From Ylistrum balloti (Eukaryota): a stretch of 64,000 bases of DNA. The stretch covers positions 186,001 through 250,000 of the forward strand of contig NW_026782093.1 in NCBI RefSeq assembly GCF_031769215.1, written 5' to 3'. Under the pieces are notes generated by a model. It searched no databases and was not told the origin of the DNA. It saw only the letters and a program-made list of their open reading frames with translations. Position 1 is the first letter of the stretch. Each line of letters begins with the position of its first letter. Shown here in pieces: positions 1 through 10,500 of this stretch. A program made the translations under genes and the position numbers.

Positions 1-257
1 TCTTGTCTGCATTTGATTTCGGGTTTGATTAGATAACCAAAATGGCTCACAGGCGGCCATATTGGATTTTGAAAATGAAAGTTTGTTATCGGTATTTATT
101 GAGAAATACAATGTTTGGACAATTCTCGAATTTCTTACGTAAATGCCACTTGGCCCCTTTTGTAACCGAATTCTAACTTCCAAAGGCATTTAACCAGTCT
201 GTGCTGGCGTGCTTTTGTTTTAGAGCAAGACCATTTTTTTTGTCCCAACTGTTCTAG

Positions 258-366
258 ATGGTATATGATGGGCCTCCACATGGTATTCAAAGAGGAAACC
301 ACGAACTTACAAAAGGAGGCCTTGTCATTGCTTCAAAATGACCCATACAGACTTAGAACAGTTTTT
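258..366 (+). CDS. Putative internal coding exon of an unidentified gene entering from upstream of the window
   Basis: T-rich tract plus TTCTAG acceptor (256-257) and GTGAGT donor (367). Open in one frame: (x)WYMMGLHMVFKEETTNLQKEALSLLQNDPYRLRTVF. A possible phase-0 terminal exon at 562-585 reads VCGYDNS*. I do not recognise the protein. Confidence 0.5.
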
Positions 367-1577
367 GTGAGTATCCTTGCACTTAGAGAATATTGTACAA
401 CGCACCAGTAACACTTCTAGTGACAGTGGGTGTGTCGTCAACATTTACAGTATTCTGATCAACACGCCTGGGATTTTTCACACATCAAGTAACACTAATC
501 ATCATTGGTTATATCTTAAACTCTGTATTATTTTTACCTTTTTATAAACCTTGATGTACAGGTATGTGGGTATGACAATTCATAGTCTTACCTCAAAGTC
601 TGACGGCTAGATATAGGCTATCTTTTCTGAATTTCTAGCAGATCCACTTTTTCCTCCTGATAATTGGAAGATTAAAAGTCATTATTTAAGAAATTTCAAT
701 ATGACATTTCTAATATGACCCTAAAAAATGGACCAATCCTATCAATTCCTTATTCAATGAAAAATATGTAAATTTTCAGTTAATCTGAAAGCCTGAAAAC
801 CCAATTCATCCAAGCATGTTACTGGCCGAAAATCTGGACTCAAGTGTTTCAGGGCTATTGAGGTGTGGTTTAAAGGTCCTCTTTCCTTCACACAGAAAAA
901 AAAAGGAAAAACTCTAGAGATTATGTCCAATATATTTAATTTATATTTGTTAAATATTCCATCACATTAACAAGGATAGATGGTGTATGATAACTTCAAA
1001 ACAGAAAAAAGAAAATTATGATGCAGTAACAATTCAGAAGAAGAGTAGCAACAGTAATATTTTACTTAAACAAGATTTGTTACTTCGAAAATGACTTTTC
1101 GATAAAGCTACTGTACATGCGTCATATATATCTAAAGAATCGTGTAATTAAGCATGGCATATACGAGTCGATGGTAAAACAACACAAATATCATTCAAAA
1201 TACCACCAACCTTTTCTTAATTCACAAGTACAGTACAGTAAGGGAAGGACTAAGGCACACTCACCAGAAATAACATTTTGGATCACGCACACATAAGTGA
1301 TCATAATAAGGAGAAAATAACAGTCGATGGTCATGAATTGTTGGAAATACAATTAAGAAGATGATAGATTTAATCACGTCTCTTTTCTGTACAATATCAG
1401 AAGTAAATGGTATAATATATAGAACTCCAATAACTGAAGGAAAATGCATATGATACCGTGTGCGAGCTATAGACAGGACATATTTTAAACGTTATGATAT
1501 ATATAACCAATAATAAACTCCGAAGTGACATTCCGATTCTTCTAGGAGCAAACTCAGACTTGCATATAAGTTGAAGA

Positions 1578-2685
1578 GCCTAGAGTCAGTGTGATGATGT
1601 GGGACAGGCTAGAGTCATGTTATGACATGGGACAGGCTAGAGTCAATGTTATGTTGTAGGTAGGACTGGCTACAGTCAATGTTATGATGTAGGACAGGCT
1701 AGAGTCAGTGTGATGATGTGGGACAGGCTAGAGTCAATGTTATGACGTGGGACAGGCTAGAGTCAATGTTATGTTGTAGGTACACTGGCTAGAGTCAATG
1801 TTATGATGTAGGACAGGCTAGAGTCAGTGTGATGATGTAGGACAGGCTAGTGTCAATGTTATGATGTAGGACAGGCTAGAGTCAATGTTGTGATGTAGGT
1901 AGGACTGGCTAGAGTCAATGTTATGATGTAGGACAGGCTAGAGTCAGTGTGATGATGTAGGACAGGCTAGAGTCAATGTTATGATGTAGGACAGGCTAGA
2001 GTCAATGTTATGATGTGGGACAGACTAAAGTTAATGTTATGATGTGGGACAGGCTAGAGTCAATGTTATGATGTAGGACAGGCTAGAGTCAATGTTATGA
2101 TGTAGGGCAGGTAGAGTCAATGTTATGTTGTAGGACAGCCTAGAGTCAATGTTATGTTGTAGGACAGGCTAGAGTCAATGTTATGTTGTAGGACAGGCTA
2201 GAGTCAATGCTATGTTGTAGGACAGGCTAGAGTCAATGCTATGTTGTAGGACAGGCTAGAGTCAATGTTATGATGTGGGACAGGCTAGAGTTAATGTTAT
2301 GATGTAGGACAGGCTAGAGTCAATGTTATGATGTGGGACAGACTAAAGTTAATGTTATGATGTGGGACAGGCTAGAGTCAATGCTATGATGTAGGACAGG
2401 CTAGAGTCAATGTTATGATGTGGGACAGGCTAGAGTTAATGTTATGATGTAGGACAGGCTAGAGTCAATGTTATGATGTGGGACAGACTAAAGTTAATGT
2501 TATGATGTGGGACAGGCTAGAGTCAATGCTATGATGTAGGACAGGCTAGAGTCAATGTTATGATGTAGGTAGGGCAGGTAGAGTCAATGTTATGTTGTAG
2601 GACAGCCTAGAGTCAATGTTATGATGTGGGACAGGCTAGAGTTAATGTTATGATGTAGGACAGGCTAGAGTCAATGTTATGATGT
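1578..2685. repeat. 29-bp satellite/minisatellite, left arm (unit GACAGGCTAGAGTCAATGTTATGATGTAG; 28- and 33-bp variants)
   Basis: Direct reading shows roughly 35-40 head-to-tail units with no unique spacers. Confidence 0.97.
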
Positions 2686-5600
2686 ATATCATTATTTACG
2701 GCTATACAGAACAGGAAGGAAGAGATGGAAAATCCCGCCAAGCAGCTGATGAGCTATTCGTAAAACAGCTTCTAACTTCATGTAGTGTCCGAACAAACGA
2801 TGCTACAATTAATAAGGTATTTCGACTAGGAAAGTACCAAAAGGTACAACCGAACAATGCTGTCTGCAATGCACCAAAATCTGGAAGACCTATACTGGTA
2901 TCGTGTGGATCACCTGAAGTGAAAAAGAATCTTTTCACGAACATCACGGGGGGGTTGCAATTTATGTCAAAGAAGAACTTAAGGGGGTAGAGGTAAACAT
3001 GAACACATCATTCAAGGAAAGCATTTGGGTAAAAGTCAAGCTAAACGAGAAAGACTGTCTTCTGATTGGGTGTGTATATAAAAGCCCCAATAGTAAGAAA
3101 GAAAATGTTGAAGAACTTTATAAACTTATCAACTCAATATCTACACTAAATAATGAATATTCACATAAACTAATAATGGGAGACTTTAATTTGCCAAAAA
3201 TTGATTGGAATTTAATCTCGGCGAAGAATGATGAAGAAAGCGGTAACTTCATAGAATGCCTAAGGGATAATTTTCTCACGCAACATACCAGAAATTTTAC
3301 AAGAATGAGGAAAGGTCATGAACCAAGTATTTTGGACCTGATAATAACAAACGAGGATGAGATGGTGAAAGATATCAACTACCAAAGTCCCCTTGGTCAC
3401 AGCGATCACTTTGTTATGAAGTTTGATTATATATGTTACAAAAATTATCCAGAAAGTTCTATATCCCGTATTTTGTACAACAAAGGAGACTATGAAAGGA
3501 TAAAAAACGAATTGGAGGAGATCAAATGGGACGAAGTTTTGAAAGTTGATCCGGACACAATGTACACTACATTCACAGGTATCTTCCAAGAGAGCGCTGA
3601 CAAAAATATCCCAGTAAGAAAAGAAAACAAACAACGTAAATCTAAGGACAAAAATCATCTTCCGCTGAACGATGCTGTGAGAATTAAGATTAACAAAAAA
3701 CATAGGGCATGGCAAAGATATATGGAAACAAGAACAGAAGCCAAATACAAGGACTACACAAAGTTAAGAAATCAAGTAAAAAGTATGCCAAGAAAAGCAC
3801 GTCGTGAAATGAAAAGAGAGATCGCCGGAAAGGTTAAGGAAAACCCCAAACAATTCTGGAAATATATCAACTCCAAACGAAAAGTAAAAACAGGAATTTC
3901 GGACTTGAAGGGACTAGATGATAACATATCAAAAATTGCCACACAAGACAAGGATAAAGCAGATGTTTTGGCTACATTTTTCAGTAGTGTATTCACAAAG
4001 GAACCACCAGGCGACACACCAAAAATGCATAATAAAATAATAAAATACCCATTTCGAGATATCATATGCACTGAAGAAAGTGTCGGAAAACTCCTCTCAG
4101 ACTTGGATAACAGTAAGTCTCAAGGACCTGACCAAATGCACCCAAAGGTTATGAAGGAACTAAAATCGATCATAAACAAACCGCTAAGTATTATTTTCAA
4201 CAAATCACTGGAGGATAGTCAAGTTCCATCTGCATGGAAAGAGGCCAACATCACAGCAATATTCAAGAAAGGATCAAAATCGGACCCAGGGAATTATCGT
4301 CCCGTAAGCCTCACCAGCATAGTTGGAAAAACCATGGAAAAAATTGTGCGAAATTCCATCGTTAATCATATGGAAAACAATGATCTTTTTAGCAAGAAGC
4401 AATTTGGATTTATCGCGAAACGGTCCACAGTTCTCCAGCTCCTTATGGTGCTTGAGGATTGGATGGATATACTAGATCACGGTGGGGAAATTGATGTTAT
4501 ATATATGGACTTTATGAAGGCCTTTGACAAGGTACCACATCGCAGGTTAATTGAAAAATTAAGAAGCTACGGAATAGCAGACCAAGTCGTCAACAGGATA
4601 GAAAACTTTCTACACGAAAGGAAGCAGAGAGTACTAGTTAATGGAAAAGCATCCAAAGACCACCCGGTATTAAGTGGGATCCCCAGGGCAGCGTACTTGG
4701 CCCAATTCTATTTGTAATCTATATAAATGATCTGCCAGATTATACTTCTTTGAACACCTACCTATTTGCTGATGACACTAAGATTTATAGAGAAATAAAA
4801 AGTGATGAGGACAGGAAGGCAATGCAACAAGACTTGGATAAACTGCAAGAATGGTCTAACAAATGGCTTCTAAAATTCCATCCACTAAAATGCAAAGTAT
4901 TAACAATAAAACAAAAAAGGAAAGAAACATGGACATACCATATGACAGGAGCAGAGGACAACGTGGCGTTGGAAAACATAACTTCAGAAAAAGATATTGG
5001 CGTAACGGTGGATAAAGATCTAAATTTCTCTATGCATATGCAACAAGCTGTAAACAAAGCCAACAGTATTGTTGGTCTTATTAGAAGGTCCTTTGTATAC
5101 TTAGATGAAGTGTCTTTTAAACAACTGTTCAAGGCATTAGTCCGCCCACACTTAGAATATGCCGCAAGCGTCTGGAACCCATACAAAATAAGGGATATCG
5201 AATCAATAGAGCGCGTGCAGAGACGGGCAACTAAGCTTATACCGGGGCTGAAAGAACTATCCTACAGCGACCGTCTCAAGAAACTTGGACTCCCGACATT
5301 GGCATACCGTAGATTGAGGGGAGATATGATAAACGTTTTCAAAATTATGGATAAATTTCACGATGAAAAAGTCACCAAAAGCATGTTTGATTGAGACGAA
5401 AATTCTAAAACAAGAGGCCACTCAAAGAAACTGAAAAAGAAATCATGTAATCTGGACATTCGGAAATACTCATTTGGACTAAGAACTATAGACCTATGGA
5501 ACAGTCTACCAGAAAAAGTAATCCAATCATCAACAATCAGAGACTTTGAAATTAATTTGGACAATCATTGGAAAAATCTCGAACTGAAATTTAACCATCT

Positions 5601-5720
5601 GGCTCGTTGCAATTCACTAATCGGAAGTGACTATATAATTGAATTGTATGATTATTATTGATATGGATATAGAGGCACTGTGTGTCTGCGTCCATTAAAT
5701 ATCCTAATAAATCCTAATAA
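2686..5720 (+). mobile_element. 5'-truncated, internally deleted CR1/L2-type non-LTR retrotransposon (LINE)
   Basis: ORF1-like fragment (IIYG...RLGK...RPILV). APE endonuclease motifs (GGVAIYVK, IGCVYKSP, IMGDFN, SILDL, SDH). RT motifs (NYRPVSLTS, DFMKAFDKV, GIPQGSVLGP across a frameshift, LFADD). CR1-type C-terminus (RVQRRATK, TRGH, WNSLP). 3' end is a short tandem tail (ATCCTAATAA)x2. Confidence 0.93.
2948..5661 (+). pseudogene. LINE ORF2 (endonuclease-reverse transcriptase), disrupted
   Basis: One 1-nt frameshift at about 4681-4686 (ATCCCCAGG where GIP-QGS is expected) and one in-frame TGA at 5392-5394. The frame then continues DENSKTRGHSKKL...WNSLP to TGA at 5659-5661. The endonuclease N-terminus is missing. 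Confidence 0.9.
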
Positions 5721-7243
5721 AGGACAGGCTAGAGTCAATGTTGTGATGTAGGTAGGACTGGCTAGAGTCAATGTTATGATGTAGGACAGGCTAGAGTCAG
5801 TGTGATGATGTGGGACAGGCTAGAGTCAATGCTATGTTGTAGGACAGGCTAGTGTCAATGTTATGATGTGGGACAGGCTAGAGTCAATGCTATGTTGTAG
5901 GACAGGCTAGAGTCAATGTTATGATGTAGGACAGGCTAGAGTCAGTGTGATGATGTAGGACAGGCTAGTGTCAATGTTATGATGTAGGACAGGCTAGAGT
6001 CAATGTTGTGATGTAGGTAGTAATGGCTAGAGTCAATGTTATGATGTAGGACAGGCTAGAGTCTGTGTGATGATGTAGGACAGGCTAGAGTCAATGTTAT
6101 GTTGTAGGACAGGCTAGAGTCAGTGTGATGATGTGGGACAGGCTAGAGTCAATGCTATGTTGTAGGACAGGCTAGAGTCAATGTTATGATGTAGGACAGG
6201 CTAGAGTCAATGTTATGATGTCGGACAGGCTAGAGTCAATGTTATGTTGTAGGACAGGCTAGAGTCAATGTTGTGATGTAGGTAGGACAGGCTAAAGTCA
6301 ATGTTATGACGAGAGACAGACTAGAGTAAATGTTATGATGTAGGACTGGCTAGAGTTAATGTTAAGATGTAGGACAGGCTAGAGTCAATGTTATGTTGTA
6401 GGACAGGCTAGAGTCAATGTTGTGATGTAGGTAGGACAGGCTAGAGTCAATGTTATGATGTAGGACTGGCTTGAGTTAATGTTAAGATGTAGGACAGGCT
6501 AGAGTCAATGTTATGATGTAGGACAGGCTAGAGTCAATGCTATGTTGTAGGACAGGCTAGAGTCAATGTTATGTTGTAGGACAGGCTAGAGTCAATGTTG
6601 TGATGTAGGTAGGACAGGCTAGAGTCAATGTTATGATGTAGGACTGGCTAGAGTTAATGTTAAGATGTAGGACAGGCTAGAGTCAATGTTATGATGTAGG
6701 ACAGGCTAGAGTCAATGTTATGATGTAGGACAGGCTAGAGTCAATGCTATGTTGTAGGACAGGCTAGAGTCAATGTTATGATGTAGGGCAGGTAGAGTCA
6801 ATGTTATGATGTAGGACAGGCTAGCATCAATGCTATGATGTAGGGCAGGTAGAGTCAATGTTATGTTGTTAGGACAGCCTAGAGTCAATGTTATGTTGTA
6901 GGACAGGCTAGAGTCAATGTTGTGATGTAGGTAGGACAGGCTAGAGTCAATGTTATGATGTAGGACTGGCTAGAGTTAATGTTAAGATGTAGGACAGGCT
7001 AGAGTCAATGTTATGATGTAGGACAGGCTAGAGTCAATGTTATGATGTAGGACAGGCTAGAGTCAATGCTATGTTGTAGGACAGGCTAGAGTCAATGTTA
7101 TGATGTAGGGCAGGTAGAGTCAATGTTATGATGTAGGACAGGCTAGCATCAATGTTATGATGTAGGGCAGGTAGAGTCAATGTTATGTTGTTAGGACAGC
7201 CTAGAGTCAATGTTATGTTGTAGGACAGGCTAGAGTCAATGTT
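5721..7243. repeat. 29-bp satellite, right arm
   Basis: Same unit as 1578-2685, about 50 copies, resuming in register after the LINE tail. Confidence 0.97.
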
Positions 7244-7455
7244 GGTTAAGTTGCATACCAGGTTTGATAGAATATAGTTTAAAACTGCAAGAGGAGATCT
7301 CCAGACAAGGTTAATATTATGAAAACAAACTAGGAAGTTCATTGGTGATCAAGTCTACCAAATTTGAAAAATGATCAGTTGAAAACAGTGGAAGGATGAA
7401 CAGACGGACAACATACCATAATTATGTTCAAAATTTTGACGGGTGTGTAGAATAT
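7244..7455. mobile_element. Non-autonomous Helentron-associated/MITE-like element fragment
   Basis: Contains CAGACGGACAA and ends ...TTTTGACGGGTGTGTAGAA, resembling the microsatellite-plus-terminal motif of non-autonomous mollusc elements. Family assignment is from recall. Confidence 0.5.
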
Positions 7456-7525
7456 TAAGAACTGCTTCTTAAGGTCATCCTTATCCATTTGGTCAGACAA
7501 AATTCAGTATACACTGAACATTCTG

Positions 7526-10500
7526 TTAATATTCTTTTGCCCGTCTTGATCGTTTTGGACGATCAAGCTTTGCAGTCAAAAACTTATGCTGCTGGCTTGC
7601 TTTTCTTTTCCTTGATCCCCTTATCGCTGATTCTATTTCCGCCTCTTCTCCCTGGTCTTTCTGTTCGTCATTTTCATCCGATTTCGTGGCAGTAGTTTCT
7701 ACCTCCTGCATGTTGTTCCTGTCTTCTTCCAGATCTGAATCATTGTCTTCCACTTCACTTTTGTTTTTTTTCCTTTTCTTTCCTCCTTTCTTTCCTTTCC
7801 CTCTACTTGTTATTTTTTCCTTCTTTGTATCTGTTGGATGGCAGTTGGCCATGTGAGACCGCAGGTCAGTTTTTAGTTTGAACCCTATATCACACACAGC
7901 ACAATGATGGGGCAATTCTTTTGCTTTTCCCTTTGAGTGAAACAGCTGTTTGTGGATTTTTGCGCTGTCCACATTATCAAATTTCTTGTCACAAGCTTTA
8001 CACACAAGTTTGCCATCATGTGTTTTGATATGCCGCTTTATATCAACTTTATCTCCAAACTTCTTAGGGCAGTGAGGACATGACAGTTCTTTCTTGGCAT
8101 TGTGTTTGCGTAGTTTATGTTTCTTTAGATCTCCACTTTGCAAGAAACTGTGATCACACACATCACATTTAAATGGCCTTTCCCCAGTATGGGATCGCCT
8201 GTGCACTTTCATGTAACTTAACTGCGAAAATCTTTTTTTACATGTAGGACATTCATATGGTTTTTCACCTGTATGAATGCGCATGTGCCGCTTCAGGGTA
8301 CCGAGTTGTCCGAACGCATTATTACATAATGTACAGGCAAATGGTTTCTCACCAGTGTGTCGCCTACTATGATTAATTAGATGACCACTTTTCCTGAAGC
8401 CAACTCCACACACATTGCAGGTAAAAGGCATTCCATCCTTGTGTGCTTTCAAGTGACTGTTGAAGTCCCCAAGGTGGCTGAAGCCTCGTCCACACTGTTT
8501 ACAAGTGAATGCCTTTGAGCGCTTTCCTTCTAAAAACAGAAATAGAGACAGATGTGTATGTTATACAAATGTATACATGATAACAGAATTTGGTTGAACA
8601 AATTTGGTGGTCCTTCATGCGAGCATGCTATTGGCCCAATGTCATGACCCTCAGTCCGTTGGTAATTAAAAAGAAACCTTTTAAAAATTTTATTTCACTT
8701 GACCCCTGTGACTTAAAAAATGGATCAAGGAAATTGATCTGAGCAAAGCTGATGGTCCTTCATCCATCATATCATGATCCATGACCTCTATATCGAGAAA
8801 AAAAAATGTGTAGCAGAACATGGCCACTCTACTTTCTCTTTTCTTTCCTTTGTTCTCAAATTCTGCGTTAAAACATTTTTGTACTTATGTGAAATGTGGT
8901 CAGAATTTGCAGTGACACAAAAAAAACCAGAAAGTTACAGTGAATATTTAAGTAACAAGGGAAATCTAAAATGTAACAGGACTCCAATGTACATTAAAGC
9001 TCAGAAAGAGCTGCACAAACAATATAGTGTACTGCATAAGTTGTTGGCAAACAAACCTCACTGCGTTACATGTAGTTATAATTTGGATAGAAAATCAGAC
9101 TGACGAACAGAAAGGTAACAGACTGTCAAAAAATGGTTGTAGCAATATTGAATAAAAAACAACATTAAAATACCAACATGTCACCATAATGATAATCCAA
9201 CCTCAAATTCAATAAAACTAGCTAGGGCGAAATCTGAACAATAAAAAGGTTTACTCCTGAAAAACGTACAAGAGAAATAAGACCAGGTGTTCCAAAAGAG
9301 AGGCATGTGTTGTGAAGTGGCACCCTGAGAAACAAATCTGATGTTGAAATGACAAATGTTTTAAATACACACTTTGAATACAATTTAAGGTGTGATAAAA
9401 TGTGTACATATTTTTTATGAATTACCATTGCCAGCAAACATCATTTGGGGTGTTGACTATATACATAGCCTCTGAAAAAATACCAGGAAAATAAGACCAG
9501 GCGTTCTGGAAGGGTTAGTGCTCTTTGCTTCATGAAGAACATCCGCCACGTAAATCTTGATCAACAAGTAGCAATGCATTCCTAAATGAGAACAAGGCCA
9601 ACACAAACAGAAGCACCACTCACACTAATGAACATCGAGCATATCCAAATTGCTATCCTACAAGTAAATTGAATATTTCCCAATGGGATCAACCATCATT
9701 CATGATTATTCTAAACTTTTCCATAATCTTCATCAACTTGCATCTCGCGTAAATCTGTGCTGTAGTTAATTTGTCAGTTTTCAACATCTTTCTGTAAAGT
9801 CAAGACATAGGAAACAAGCCAATGACTGTAACATGTAAACATCACAGGTTGGGGAAACAGGTCGTTACTATCTAGAAATGGAAAATTAAAGACAGGGAAA
9901 TAGGAATCATCATGAAAAAGATTGTGGTAAGCCGCTGATTTAAAAGCGTCTGTTGTCCTTGATTTTTAATTTAGATCAATATATCACCTGGTTTTTATGG
10001 GGGTCTGAATCTAGGTTACTCCACCAAAAATTCTGAATAAGAAGAAAAGACAAACTGGTAAAGCAGGGCACTTTCAGCTACCTACCAAGCAATTCTGCAT
10101 GGTTTTGATGAATTTTCACTTGCGTCGGATTAGTATCATCCTTCACAAATGGGACTTTATCTTCTTTCTCTGCAGACCTAGAGGAAATAAAAGCATAGTT
10201 CCTAATAAAACCAACTCCACAGCTGAAGGCACTCATCACTATATAATGGTATCCAGCGGAGGAGTAATCGAATCCTCTATTCTACCTACAAATCTGAACA
10301 GCGTTGGCTCTATCATCAAAATCCAAATATGAAAATATATACAAAGGATATGTTAGCGATTATTAGAGATACATTTCTAAAGTTTGCTATTTATCAAGAA
10401 ATTAAAGATGATAAAAATTGGGTTTGATACACTGTTTACCATGAAGCTTATCTGAAACATTTAAGAGGAAAGCTGTTTTGTGTTCCCCCCAATAACATTT

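Noticed and set aside
2702-5564. Minus-strand ORFs over the LINE, and plus- and minus-strand alternative-frame ORFs over the big zinc-finger exon
   Set aside because: Shadow ORFs of real coding sequence.
1578-7243. CRISPR-like appearance of 29-39 bp repeats (here and at 25, 26-28, 29.5 and 34 kb)
   Set aside because: Units are head-to-tail with no unique spacers, there are no cas genes, and the context is eukaryotic.
9490-9582. Possible extra zinc-finger gene exon (CATTTAG acceptor on minus)
   Set aside because: The sequence is a Penelope-like terminus, has no good donor, and the flanking exons already join in phase.
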